DNA of 64,000 bases from Verrucomicrobiales bacterium (GCA_038139415.1 JAYOSV010000019.1:1467-65466), one strand, 5' to 3'; counted from the first letter of the stretch, positions 40,068 to 54,238 are shown. Notes: generated by a model not told the origin, from the sequence alone. A program made the numbers and translations.

Positions 40068-40547
40068 TTATGGCTTCAGTTTGCGCCGCAAGGCGCGTTC
40101 CACATTGGGCGGGACAAAGGAGCTGATGTCGCCGCCCAGCCCGGCGATTTCCTTGACCAGGCGCGAGCTTAAAAATGTGTAGGATTCGCGGGGCATCATA
40201 AAAATGGTCTCAATCTCCTCATTCAACTTCCGGTTCATCAGAGCCAGTTGAAATTCAAATTCAAAATCCGAGACCGCCCGCAAACCGCGGATGATGGCCT
40301 GCGCCCGGTGTTGATCGGCAAAATCCACCAGCAACCCCTTGAAGGACGCCACCTCCACATTGGTCTGCGACTTAACCGCCGCGGTGATCTGCCGTTTGCG
40401 TTCGGACTGCGTAAACATCGGCTGCTTGTCGGCGTTGGCTGCCACGGCCACGATGACCCGGTCAAACAGCTTGGACGCCCGCTCCACCACATCCAGGTGG
40501 CCGTTGGTGAGAGGATCAAAACTCCCAGGATAGATGACCGTGCGCAT
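40068..40547 (-). CDS. coaD: Pantetheine-phosphate adenylyltransferase
   Basis: YPGSFDPLTNGHLD, IRGLRAVSDFEFE, SSRLVKEIA; start ATG 40547. Confidence 0.96.
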   Translation of the reverse strand: MRTVIYPGSFDPLTNGHLDVVERASKLFDRVIVAVAANADKQPMFTQSERKRQITAAVKSQTNVEVASFKGLLVDFADQHRAQAIIRGLRAVSDFEFEFQLALMNRKLNEEIETIFMMPRESYTFLSSRLVKEIAGLGGDISSFVPPNVERALRRKLKP

Positions 40548-40654
40548 CCCGCACAACCTCCCGCCTACTTGTCGATCACGCAAGGAATTTTACCCATCCA
40601 TGTGAGGAGCCCTCGACAAATCCGAAAAATCGAGGTTACATTGACAGCGTAAGC

Positions 40655-41710
40655 ATGACCGAACCTCTTCCTCCAGCTCCACTCACAGAGGTGTTGCCCG
40701 CGCCTGAGGCTCCACAGCCCAAGCCCTGTGGCAAGGCATTCGCCAGCCTGTTGCTGGGGCTGTTTGGCTGCCTTTTGGGAGGCGTGGCGGTGGCCGGCTT
40801 GGTCTGGAGCCCCGGTGCAGGAGACAATGTGCAACTCACCGGCAATCTCAACCAAATGCAGGATGTGATTGTGGCCGATACCAAGGAGCGCGGCTTGAAG
40901 ATGTTTTTCGCCTCATTCGGCCAATGGTTTGGATTCATCGGCGCGGGGTTGGGGCTCATTGGGATTCTGCAAGGCATCACGCATCTCTATCAGGCCGGCA
41001 TCCGGCTGGTGATTCCGCGGCGGTGGCTGGCTGGTTTCGGCACGCTCTTTTCCTTCATCGCTTGTCTGAGTATCGTGGCCGGGCTTAAGCATGGGTACGC
41101 CGCTAATGTGGGGTTACATGTGGAAAATGCCAACGAAGCGTTCGATCGCGTCGGTCAAGTGGCCAATGTCATGCAACAGGCGCAGGATATTGCCGAAGGC
41201 AAAGCCCCGGCTCCGGCGGGGTTGGACGAGCAAACCCGAGGCATGGCCGAGAGCCTGTTTGCCGGCACGCTGAATCCCATCACTCAAATTTGGACCGAGG
41301 ATTACCTGAACCGGCACGCGCCCAACATCGAGTTTTACGCCACCGACGGCCGCAGCTATAGCATTGAGAAATCCCGGAACACCCGCGTCATCGTCATGCT
41401 CATGCGCGCCTCCAGCCCCGGGTGCCAGCAATCCGTTGCCATCCTGAATCAACTTTACGATGAAACCTCCCGCGGCGATCTGCGCATCCTAGCAGTCAGT
41501 CAGGAAACCCCCGCCAGTCTGGACGCTTTTGTGCGCCGCACCGGCGCTAAATTTCCAGTCGGCAAAGCCGCCGTGCTGCCTTCCGAACCCTATGGTGACG
41601 TGCAATCGTTCCCCACTTATTTCATCCTCGACCCAGATGGCGTCATCAAAAAAATCCTTATCGGCCCCCAATCTCTCAATACCCTAAGAAGCGCCATCAC
41701 CGCCAACTAA
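40655..41710 (+). CDS. Membrane-anchored thioredoxin-fold (TlpA-like) protein with SxxC site
   Basis: Three TM helices, then VIVMLMRASSPGCQQ...ILAVS...YGDVQSFPTYFILDPDG. Confidence 0.7.
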   Translation: MTEPLPPAPLTEVLPAPEAPQPKPCGKAFASLLLGLFGCLLGGVAVAGLVWSPGAGDNVQLTGNLNQMQDVIVADTKERGLKMFFASFGQWFGFIGAGLGLIGILQGITHLYQAGIRLVIPRRWLAGFGTLFSFIACLSIVAGLKHGYAANVGLHVENANEAFDRVGQVANVMQQAQDIAEGKAPAPAGLDEQTRGMAESLFAGTLNPITQIWTEDYLNRHAPNIEFYATDGRSYSIEKSRNTRVIVMLMRASSPGCQQSVAILNQLYDETSRGDLRILAVSQETPASLDAFVRRTGAKFPVGKAAVLPSEPYGDVQSFPTYFILDPDGVIKKILIGPQSLNTLRSAITAN

Positions 41711-41714
41711 CCCG

Positions 41715-41836
41715 GGACGGATGAGTCCCGCCTCGTCCGGTTTTTAACCACAGAGAATAAAGAGAAAACTTATCAGGAATGTTCTCTGTACCTCTGTGGT
41801 GAATCATGATTTAGGTGCAAGGTGGGACTTGCATCT
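41715..41836. repeat. Composite intergenic palindrome: two inverted REP-like units around an ACCACAGAG...CTCTGTGGT hairpin
   Basis: ggacggatgagtcccgcctcgtcc (41715-41738); accacagag/ctctgtggt (41747-41800); aggtgcaaggtgggacttgcatct (41813-41836). Confidence 0.6.
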
Positions 41837-41858
41837 CACCAATCGAAAAGAGACGTTT

Positions 41859-43634
41859 TCACTTTAAGTGCGTCAACGCGCGTTGCACCATCCAGCCATG
41901 CTTGGCCAGCGCCGCTTGAGCGGTGGTAGCATCCACCTCGCTCAGGGTCATCACGATTCGGATGGCCCGGTCGCGCAGTTTTTCGTTTTTGGGATCCACA
42001 TCCACCATCAGGTTGCCGGCCACTTTGCCGAGGCGCACCATGGCGAGGGTGGTGATGCAATTCAGGATCAGCTTGGTTGCTGTGCCAGCTTTCAGGCGGG
42101 TGGAGCCGGTGAGCACTTCCGGGCCAATGTCCGGCGCTAGGATGAGGTGCGGCACCTTGGCACGGCGTTTGAGGGTGGGATTAAAACAAATCAACGCCGT
42201 GCGTGCGCCACGTTGAGCGGCGGTCTTAAGGGCGCCCCACACAAACGGCGTGTTGCCGCTGGCAGCGATGCCGATCACCACGTCCTTTTGAGTCACACCG
42301 CGAAATTGAATCGCCCGCCCGCCCGCATCGGCATCGTCCTCGGCGCCTTCAATAGCCTCCGTTAAAGCCCGCGGACCGCCGGCAATGATGCCCTGCACCT
42401 GTTCCGGGCGCGCCCGAAAGGTTGGCGGACATTCGCTGGCATCCAGCACACCCAACCGACCGCTGGTGCCGGCGCCCACGTAAAATAACCGGCCGCCATC
42501 CGCCAGTGCCTTGGCCACCCAACCGGCCAGACGCGCGATGGTTTTCCCTTCCGTGCGGACAGCCTTGGCCGCGCGTTGTTCCTCCTTGAGCATCAGGTTC
42601 ACCGCCTCGGGCAGGGAAAGCTGATCGAGTTCCATCGAGCGCGGATTACGTTGTTCGGTGGCCGGGATGTGGGTTGGCGGTCGAAGGGTACGGGTTGAAG
42701 GAGTGATTGATTGGGCGGTGTCCTTCAGGAGATTTTTGGCGAGCTCAATCGCGCCCCAAACGCCTTCGTGTTTCTGGACTTGCACGGTGGCTTGAGGCCA
42801 ACGCTCGCAAATGGCTTGGCGGACCTTGCGGGCAAAGGCCGGTTGACTGCGCAGCACGCCGCCGGCCAACACAAAGTGAACGGGCTTATTTTTTTGTGCC
42901 AATTTAACGGCGCAATTCACCGCGTCTTTGGCCAGCATGCCGGCGGCGCCTTCGAGAATATCGCGAGCGATCCGATCCCGTTTCTTGGCGGCGGCAAAGA
43001 CTTCGGGAGCGAGGGCGGCCACAGCGTTTTTATCCGAAGCGGCCACCCAGTCGATCAGGTCATCGGGTTCATTGGTGCCGGTTGCCGTGAGCAGGCTTTC
43101 GCCCAGTCGGCTCCAAGTGCCGTCGCGGTCAAAGTAAAACACCACCGCTTTCAAAGCGCGTAGGCCAATCTCAAACCCGCTGCCTTTATCCCCCAGAATA
43201 TGACCCCACCCGCCCATTTTGACCGTGCGCCCCTCCGCTGCTTTGCCGAAACAACACGAGCCAGTACCGGATAACACGAGCACGGCGGTTTCCTTGGCAT
43301 TGAATCCGGCTAGAGCGATCTCCAGATCATGCGTCACCCGGCATGGAGTGGCTTTCCAAACTTTCGCGACCTCCGCCTGCACGCGCGCGCGGTCTTTGGC
43401 GTGCCGTGCACCGGCCAAGCCGAGACCAATGGCGTCGGGGGATTCAAATTGCTTCGCCACCTGCCGCAGCAACCGCCCCAACGCGCGGTCATCCAGCAGC
43501 CGCACATTGCCCGGGCCGAAAGTGGCGCGTTGGATCTCGCGCCCGCGTGCATCGGCCAATAGCGCGGTCGTTCGCGTGCCTCCACCTTCAATGCCGAGAA
43601 TGTATGGCCGCTGAAATGTCTGCGTCTCCGCCAC
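41859..43634 (-). CDS. murQ: Fusion of a BadF-type GlcNAc/MurNAc kinase and N-acetylmuramic acid 6-phosphate etherase
   Basis: N-terminal LGIEGGGTRT, LSGTGS, GGWGHILGDKGSG; C-terminal TEQRNPRS, GAGTSGRLGVLDASECPPTF, GPEVLTGSTRLKAGTATK. Confidence 0.9.
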   Translation of the reverse strand: MAETQTFQRPYILGIEGGGTRTTALLADARGREIQRATFGPGNVRLLDDRALGRLLRQVAKQFESPDAIGLGLAGARHAKDRARVQAEVAKVWKATPCRVTHDLEIALAGFNAKETAVLVLSGTGSCCFGKAAEGRTVKMGGWGHILGDKGSGFEIGLRALKAVVFYFDRDGTWSRLGESLLTATGTNEPDDLIDWVAASDKNAVAALAPEVFAAAKKRDRIARDILEGAAGMLAKDAVNCAVKLAQKNKPVHFVLAGGVLRSQPAFARKVRQAICERWPQATVQVQKHEGVWGAIELAKNLLKDTAQSITPSTRTLRPPTHIPATEQRNPRSMELDQLSLPEAVNLMLKEEQRAAKAVRTEGKTIARLAGWVAKALADGGRLFYVGAGTSGRLGVLDASECPPTFRARPEQVQGIIAGGPRALTEAIEGAEDDADAGGRAIQFRGVTQKDVVIGIAASGNTPFVWGALKTAAQRGARTALICFNPTLKRRAKVPHLILAPDIGPEVLTGSTRLKAGTATKLILNCITTLAMVRLGKVAGNLMVDVDPKNEKLRDRAIRIVMTLSEVDATTAQAALAKHGWMVQRALTHLK

Positions 43635-43713
43635 GGCCGAGTGTTTTCATGGTCGGTTAGCAAGCGCAAGCTCATGCTTGTCTTTTCCGCTGCTTGTACG
43701 TTATCTCAACCGC

Positions 43714-43956
43714 ATGACCGAGACCGAGCAGACGATTCTCGATACTTTGATTGAGCTGGAGGAGGCTGTAGGGCACGTGCAGGCTGACCCCAAGCCCGAT
43801 CTCCTGGCGATCTTCGGCCGGTTGGATGCGTTGACCACCAGTCTGCCGCGCGGGACCTCGCCGGATCTGCTGCATTATTTGCACAAAAAAAGTTACCAGA
43901 AAGCGCGGCTCTTTCTGCAGGGGCGGGATCCCGAACAAGGCGATTGTCCGCATTAA
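43714..43956 (+). CDS. Small hypothetical protein
   Basis: Helical ORF with LLHYLHKKSYQKARLFL motif, ends 6 nt before mnmE. Confidence 0.65.
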   Translation: MTETEQTILDTLIELEEAVGHVQADPKPDLLAIFGRLDALTTSLPRGTSPDLLHYLHKKSYQKARLFLQGRDPEQGDCPH

Positions 43957-43962
43957 CGGGTC

Positions 43963-45324
43963 ATGATTGACGATACCATTGCCGCCATTGCCACGCCGCT
44001 CGGCGAAGGTGCGCTGGCGGTTATCCGCCTCTCAGGTGCTGACGCGTTTGCTATTGCTGGCCGTTGTTTCCGCCCGATCGGGGCCAGTTCCCAATCACCC
44101 AGTGACGCGACGACGCACACTTTGCATTATGGCAACATCATCGATGCGGAGGATCGTGTTGTTGACGAAGTGCTGTTGGCCGTGATGCGTACGCCGCGCA
44201 CGTTCACGCGGGAGGACACTGTGGAGATCACCTGCCACGGCGGCATGGTGGCCAGCCAAGCCGTGTTGCAAACCGTGCTGGCCGCCGGGGCGCGCAGTGC
44301 CTTGCCGGGGGAGTTTACGCGCCGGGCATTTGTGAATGGCCGCATCGATCTGACGCAGGCTGAGGCCGTGAGCGATGTGATTCATGCCCGCACCGATCTC
44401 GCCCTTGCCGCCGCCAACGAACAGCTCGCCGGTAAACTCAGCCAACGCATCGGTCAATTGCGCGACGATCTGATGAATGTACTCGCCCATCTCGAGGCGC
44501 ACATTGATTTTCCCGATGAAGACATCGCGCCGGACACACAGACCCAACTCATCGGCCGATTGGAAGCCACGCTGGACTTCATCGACCAACTCCTCGCCAC
44601 CGCCAACGAAGGTCGCATCCTGCGCCGTGGTATCCGCGCCGCGATCATTGGTCGGCCCAACGCCGGTAAATCCAGTTTGCTCAATCAACTGCTTGGGCAC
44701 GACCGCGCCATCGTCACGCCCACCGCCGGCACCACGCGCGATACCATTGAGGAAACCGCCAACATCCGCGGTATCCCCGTGGTGTTCATTGACACCGCCG
44801 GCCTGCGCGAGGCGGCCGATGCCATTGAGGCCGAGGGTATCCGGCGCAGCCACGACAGCATGGCCAGCGCCGAGCTCATTTTGCACGTGCTCGATGCCAC
44901 CGAGCCGTTAACCGATGAAGATCAGGCGTACCTCGACCAGTTCGCCAATCGTCAACGCCTCATCATTGCTAATAAAATTGATCAACCCAACGCGAATGCA
45001 ATCGGGGTCGATTGTCTGCAAACCAGCGCCACCGAAGGCACGGGCATTGAGGCGTTGAAAGACGCTATTCGCACCGCAGTGTGGAGTGGTGAAATCCGCG
45101 CGGACATGTTGCCGGCCATGATCAACGCCCGCCATCAGGACGCCCTTCGCCGCGCTCGCGCCGGTCTGGCCGACAGTCTCGCCGGCCTGCGCACCGAGGC
45201 CACATTGGAGCTGATCGCCATGGACCTACGCATCGCCACAAACGCCATCGGCGAAGTCGTTGGCCAAACCGCCACTGAAGACTTGCTCGACCGCGTGTTT
45301 AGCGAGTTTTGTATTGGGAAATGA
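43963..45324 (+). CDS. mnmE: tRNA modification GTPase MnmE
   Basis: DTIAAIATP, PGEFTRRAF.NGRIDLTQAE, GRPNAGKSSL, GTTRD, DTAG, NKID, FSEFCIGK. Confidence 0.97.
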   Translation: MIDDTIAAIATPLGEGALAVIRLSGADAFAIAGRCFRPIGASSQSPSDATTHTLHYGNIIDAEDRVVDEVLLAVMRTPRTFTREDTVEITCHGGMVASQAVLQTVLAAGARSALPGEFTRRAFVNGRIDLTQAEAVSDVIHARTDLALAAANEQLAGKLSQRIGQLRDDLMNVLAHLEAHIDFPDEDIAPDTQTQLIGRLEATLDFIDQLLATANEGRILRRGIRAAIIGRPNAGKSSLLNQLLGHDRAIVTPTAGTTRDTIEETANIRGIPVVFIDTAGLREAADAIEAEGIRRSHDSMASAELILHVLDATEPLTDEDQAYLDQFANRQRLIIANKIDQPNANAIGVDCLQTSATEGTGIEALKDAIRTAVWSGEIRADMLPAMINARHQDALRRARAGLADSLAGLRTEATLELIAMDLRIATNAIGEVVGQTATEDLLDRVFSEFCIGK

Positions 45325-45594
45325 GGCGCCGTGAGCGGCGAAGTTTCATCCGGCACGTTGCCGAATAGTTCCACCAACGGTTTCCAGCCCTCCGCACCGC
45401 GTTCCATTCAAAATCTGAGGCCAGTAAGTGTTCCTCGTCTAGAAACTGATTGGCCTTCGCTTCGAGGTATGGTCCAAACTATTCTCCTTTGCGGGTTAAT
45501 GAATTTGGCGTTGCTCGTCGGAGGCGAAGGAGTTCCTGATATATTTTCAATTCAATTGACGTGACCTTTGATGGGCAATTCGTCAGAGATTGGC

Positions 45595-46779
45595 ATGCAT
45601 TCGTTGGAGCAGGCGCGGGCGGCGATATTGGCGAGGTTGGAACCGATGGCGGCGGAATCGGTATTACTGGCGCAATCGGCCGGGCGCGTGTTGGCGGCGG
45701 ACGTTGCGGCGGCGGTGGATTTGCCACGCTTTGATAACTCCGCCATGGACGGCTACGCGGTGATCGCCGCTGAAGCCGGCACGGGCGCGCAGTTACAATG
45801 CGTTGGCGAGGTGCCAGCGGGCAGTGCGTTCGAGGGCACCCTGCAATCGGGACAGTGCCTGCGGATTTTTACCGGATCCCCCATGCCCGCGGGAGCCAAT
45901 GCCGTGGTGATGCAGGAGGACACGCGCGTGGAAGCGGATCGCGTGGAAATCACCGAGGGCGTGAAACCCTTTGAGCACATTCGGTTGCGAGGTGAGGATG
46001 TGAAGGAGGGCGAACCGATTGGGCGCGAGGGCGAGGTGATGCATGCCGGGCGTTTGCAATTACTTGGGGCCGCCGGTGTGGCCCGGGTGGAGGTGTATCG
46101 TCGGCCGATTGTCGGGGTACTGGCCACGGGAGATGAATTGCGCGAACCGGGCGAGGCCTTGGGCGAGGGCGGCATTCATGAGAGCAACCGGTTGGCGTTG
46201 GCCGAACTGATTCGAGAGACAGGCGCGGAAGCCCGGGTGTATCCGCTGGTGAACGATATGCTGGATGCCACCAAGGCGGCGTTGCGGCAGGCGTTTGATG
46301 AATGCGATGCGATAGTGACCTCCGGCGGCGTCAGCGTGGGGGATCATGATTATGTCAAACCAGCGTTAGAGTCGCTGGGCGGCGAACTGGATTTCTGGAA
46401 GGTCCGCATCAAACCGGGTAAACCCTTTGTGTACGGCCGGCTGCGGGGTAAACCGCTCTTTGGCGTACCCGGGAATCCGGTGAGCGCGATGGTGACCTTT
46501 CTTGTGCTGGTGCGTCCGGGCATCTTGAAACTGACCGGCACCACGGACTTGGAGATGCCCGCGCATCCCGGCGTGCTGGTCGATCCGCTGGCCAATCGCG
46601 GTGATCGTCGGCATTTCATGCGTGTGCGGGTGGACGCTACCGGGCAGGTGCACGCGGCCGGGTTGCAGGCTTCGCACGCGGTGGGTCCGCTGGGGCAGGC
46701 CAATGCGCTGGTGGATGTGCCGCCGGAAACCACGCTGGCCGAAGGCGCGGCAGTGACGGTGCTACGCTTTGTCTCCTAG
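45595..46779 (+). CDS. moeA: Molybdopterin molybdotransferase
   Basis: FDNSAMDGYA, RIFTGSPMP, ATGDEL, TSGGVSVGDHD, KPGKP, PGNPVS. Confidence 0.94.
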   Translation: MHSLEQARAAILARLEPMAAESVLLAQSAGRVLAADVAAAVDLPRFDNSAMDGYAVIAAEAGTGAQLQCVGEVPAGSAFEGTLQSGQCLRIFTGSPMPAGANAVVMQEDTRVEADRVEITEGVKPFEHIRLRGEDVKEGEPIGREGEVMHAGRLQLLGAAGVARVEVYRRPIVGVLATGDELREPGEALGEGGIHESNRLALAELIRETGAEARVYPLVNDMLDATKAALRQAFDECDAIVTSGGVSVGDHDYVKPALESLGGELDFWKVRIKPGKPFVYGRLRGKPLFGVPGNPVSAMVTFLVLVRPGILKLTGTTDLEMPAHPGVLVDPLANRGDRRHFMRVRVDATGQVHAAGLQASHAVGPLGQANALVDVPPETTLAEGAAVTVLRFVS

Positions 46780-49586
46780 AGGATTTCTCTCAGTTTTTCC
46801 TGATTCTTGGTGTAGGCCAGACCCAGCAGGATCAGGATTACGCCCATGCCGATCAGGGTGAGGATGCGCGCGGCTCCTTCCAGGTGGTTGAAGGCAATGA
46901 GCACCAGATAGCCGCTGGATACGGCCAGAATTACCAGTCCGTAGAGACGATGGGCGCGTTCCTTGAGCCAGATGCCCAGCCCGATCAGGACGAAGGCCAG
47001 AAGGCTCCACGTGATCACATCCCAATCACCGGACACCATCAGCGAAGCCCAGACCCAGAGACTGGTGTTGATGAGGATGACCGCAGCGTTGTTGGCAAAG
47101 GCGGTGGTCTCACCCATCTGATCGCCTTGCTGCTTGCGCACGGTTAATTGCGCACCCAGCAACAGCAGCAGAGGCACGAGATCCATGAGGTTTGGGCCGG
47201 TTTCGGGATTAAGCATCAGGCCCCAAAAATAGATCAGGCCGCAGGCCATGGAGATTCCTGATACGATCAGGCGCTCGAGCCGTTCCCGGCGGCGGTGCGC
47301 CAGTGAATGACCCAGCGCCACGATGGTGTAGGTGAGGAACAGGTATTCGCCCGGCACATATTTGAAAGCCCAGATCAGGCTCAGCGCCCAGCCGGCATAA
47401 AAATAAATCTGTGTGCCGATGCTCGCCAGAAGTTGCTTGTTGGTATTACCGTTTTCCTTCTTGAGCATCTGGTGTGTGTGCAGGAAAAAATGGCTCATGC
47501 CGAGCATGGTAAGAAATGGCACGAGGGTCAGTAAGGCTAGGTCGTGCTCAGCGTCGAACATACGTATGGGCGCCAGCAGGGCGGCGGTGAGGATAAACAA
47601 CTGGGCGGCGATCTCGCCGGTGATCAGGCGCATTTTCAGGAACAACACACTGAGCACCACGCCAATCAGCGGCAGTGCCCAAAGTTGGTCGATGGGATTG
47701 ATATTCTTCAAGGCCAATATAAGTCCTAAAAGAATGGATCCCGCCAGATAGGCTTCACCCAACACTTTAACTGATTCGAGCGGCCAGCGTTTCGCGGTAA
47801 AGATTTGGGCTAAGGCGAACACAAATAGGATTCCCACGGTGAGTTCCGTGTATTTCTCATGGATGACAGCCATCAAAGTAAACCCCACGGCAAGCAAGCC
47901 GCAGGTGGCAAAAAAATTAGCCATATTTTCCTGTGGCCCTTCGACTTTGCAGTGTTCGCGTAACCGATACGCCACCACAGCGGCTATCAAAATCAACAAG
48001 GCAAAGAACAGGCCAATCATTAACGGTGTGGTCGCGAAGTTCCCCGAACTAGCCAAGACTTTAAAGCCGACAAAAATACCGCCAATCAGAGTCACGCCCA
48101 TTGCTCCGTATTGCAGCAGTCGGTTTTGTGTGCGCAAACCGAAGTAGGTTAAGATGAGTGCTTCGGCCGCCAGCAGAAGACCTCGAAAATCTTCGACTAA
48201 ATTTAATGTCATCACGCCGAGCGTTATTAGCACTGTGGATTTGGTCAGTAATAGATCGGCGAATAGTTTTTCCTCTGGGAGCCATTTCTTGGCCAATTGG
48301 AAGAGAATCAGTAAGAGGGCGCCGAATACGGTAGGCAGAACCCAATAACTATCCCGCAGTTGATCCACCTGAAGTAGCACGATGGACAACAGGGCGAAAC
48401 AAGCACCATTGTTTAAGTTCACGAAAGTTGAACGTTTGGTCGGCGTCATTTGATCATGGCGCGACAGAAATCCGGCCGCGGTAAATACCAACCAATACAG
48501 TCCAAGGAACAGGGCATCCTGCGCGAACTCCCCTTCGCCCTGCACGGCCGTTTGAAAGCGCCAGAAAATGAACCCCGCGTAAGTGGTGATGAGCGCAAGG
48601 AAAGACAGATTCGCCCAGCGATTGCGGACCATAAACACAGTGGCCGTTATCGCCAACGCCATGTTGGAGGCAAAAGTAAACCAGATATTGGTTTCCGATG
48701 GCGCATGAATCAGGGGCACATACGAGGCATAGTACGCTCCGGCCACGGCGAACATGGCCATCACCTCTGATTCTTTGCGCGTGGCAAACCAGATGATAAA
48801 GATCGCCCAAGCCGCTAAAAGCACACCTGCAAGCGTCGGCGACCCGATCAGCCCCAGTATTGGAGCTTTGACAAAGTACAGGGCGTATGTGGAAAAATAC
48901 ACCGCCGCCATACCGCCACCGGTGAGAACTTCGCTATAGTTTTTCAGCACCGCAAATCGCTCACGCAAAAACAGGCCCGCGCCCATCAGGCTAAAACTAA
49001 TCAGGTACAACAGGGTCGCATTGAGGTACGGTCGGATGTGGTCCGGAATATCCTGGTAGCCCATCTTGGCCAAGAATACCAAGCCCGTCAGCACGAGCAC
49101 CACACCGATTCGCACAAACCACACCTTGCCCACCTCTAGCTCCAAGGAATTATTGGCGGCGTCCGGTTCCTTAGCTTCCGGAGTCTCCGCGGTTAGGGCT
49201 GCCATCGGTTCGGGCACATTGGGTAACTCGGAGTCATTCGGTTGATCTGCCATGTCAGACAGGACAGGGACAGGATCGGCAATCGGTTCCGATGTTTCCA
49301 AGGGTGCCATGGAATCCACTTGTGCCGGAGCGGATTCAGTGGCCAAGGGCGGTTTCAGTTCCGGTTCGGCCAAAGGCGGATTGAGCTCATTGATCACCGG
49401 AGGCATATCATCGGTCTTGGTGGGTTCCGGGGCCTCGGCGGTTTGCGGAGCAGGGGACGGACCGGTCATGCGGCCTTCCAGCGATCGGATTCGAAAATCC
49501 AGTGCCGAAACCCGGTTGGAGAGGATGATGAGGGGCACGCCGAACACCAGAGCCATCAGCACCATCAAGCAGATATAGCCTTCCAT
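46776..49586 (-). CDS. DUF2339-like polytopic membrane protein
   Basis: N-terminal TM, Pro/Glu-rich linker, LELEVGKVWFVRIG motif, about 20 TM segments, C-terminal RILTLIGMG. Confidence 0.75.
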   Translation of the reverse strand: MEGYICLMVLMALVFGVPLIILSNRVSALDFRIRSLEGRMTGPSPAPQTAEAPEPTKTDDMPPVINELNPPLAEPELKPPLATESAPAQVDSMAPLETSEPIADPVPVLSDMADQPNDSELPNVPEPMAALTAETPEAKEPDAANNSLELEVGKVWFVRIGVVLVLTGLVFLAKMGYQDIPDHIRPYLNATLLYLISFSLMGAGLFLRERFAVLKNYSEVLTGGGMAAVYFSTYALYFVKAPILGLIGSPTLAGVLLAAWAIFIIWFATRKESEVMAMFAVAGAYYASYVPLIHAPSETNIWFTFASNMALAITATVFMVRNRWANLSFLALITTYAGFIFWRFQTAVQGEGEFAQDALFLGLYWLVFTAAGFLSRHDQMTPTKRSTFVNLNNGACFALLSIVLLQVDQLRDSYWVLPTVFGALLLILFQLAKKWLPEEKLFADLLLTKSTVLITLGVMTLNLVEDFRGLLLAAEALILTYFGLRTQNRLLQYGAMGVTLIGGIFVGFKVLASSGNFATTPLMIGLFFALLILIAAVVAYRLREHCKVEGPQENMANFFATCGLLAVGFTLMAVIHEKYTELTVGILFVFALAQIFTAKRWPLESVKVLGEAYLAGSILLGLILALKNINPIDQLWALPLIGVVLSVLFLKMRLITGEIAAQLFILTAALLAPIRMFDAEHDLALLTLVPFLTMLGMSHFFLHTHQMLKKENGNTNKQLLASIGTQIYFYAGWALSLIWAFKYVPGEYLFLTYTIVALGHSLAHRRRERLERLIVSGISMACGLIYFWGLMLNPETGPNLMDLVPLLLLLGAQLTVRKQQGDQMGETTAFANNAAVILINTSLWVWASLMVSGDWDVITWSLLAFVLIGLGIWLKERAHRLYGLVILAVSSGYLVLIAFNHLEGAARILTLIGMGVILILLGLAYTKNQEKLREIL

Positions 49587-49642
49587 GCCTCAGATACTAA
49601 AGGAGTTAGGCCTTTTTCCTAAATTGAAAATATGACCAGCAC

Positions 49643-49692
49643 TATTGATCTCATCAATAAATAAACATATCAACATATCCGGATATATTGAT
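49643..49692. promoter_or_regulatory. Two palindromic operator-like sites upstream of metH
   Basis: TATTGAT-ctc-ATCAATA (49643-49659) and ATCAAcATATCCGGATATaTTGAT (49669-49692). Confidence 0.55.
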
Positions 49693-49735
49693 TTAATTAT
49701 TGACCGGCCGGGCTGGTGGCGTAGCATTGGCGTCT

Positions 49736-53456
<3,721 letters not shown>

Positions 53457-53467
<11 letters not shown>

Positions 53468-53504
53468 ACATGAAAACAAAACGAGGAATGAACATGAAAA
53501 CAAA
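53457..53504 (+). repeat. Exact 24-bp tandem duplication at the metH stop / next gene start
   Basis: acgaggaatgaacatgaaaacaaa at 53457-53480 and 53481-53504. Confidence 0.9.
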
Positions 53505-54237
53505 TAAAGCGTTTACTCTGATCGAATTATTGGTGGTGATCGCAATCATTGGGATATTGGCAGGCTTGCTTTTGCCCACTCTGGCGAGGGCCAAGATGGT
53601 GGCTAAATCGGTCCAAAACAAAAACAACCTCAAACAAATTGCCGGGGCGTTTTCGATGTATTCGGATGATCACGGTGGCTTGGCCGTCGGCATTGGAGAA
53701 TCCAGTGGCCGGTATTTTTTCGGCCAATACAACGGAGCCAGCGCGGAGGTGGATTATTCGGGTGGTTACCTGAGCGAGTATGTGAGCCACAGCGAGAAGG
53801 TCTGGCAGGATCCGGTATTCAATGCGTTTAGCAAGCGCGCCAAGAAACGCACCTGTAGCTACGCCTATAACAGTCACTATCTTAATGAGATGGAGGAAAA
53901 CGGAAACTGGTGGGATCCTGGTTACAGTTACGTTTACCGAGGGCTGGACACCCAGATCATGGAGAGTCCAGTGGAGACTGTGCTCTTTGGGGATTCCGCC
54001 CGCAACTGGATGGGGCCGGTGGAGGAAAATTGGTTTTGGACACCGCCATCCCAAGCCCGAGCTTGGCCCGGTTGGGAAACGGCCTACACACACTTCCGCC
54101 ATAACGGCAAGGCCACCGTGCTGTGGGGAGATGGTCATGTAGAGATGGTGGCCCCGGATCAAACGTATCCCGTGAACGACGATCAGCTCGGCTACATCTG
54201 TGATACTAACGATCGCTTTTTCAAGCCGGTGAAATAA
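53464..54237 (+). CDS. Prepilin-type N-terminal cleavage/methylation protein with H-X9-DG motif
   Basis: [25 protein letters not shown]; NNLKQI; [15 protein letters not shown]. Confidence 0.9.
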
Positions 54238-54238
54238 G

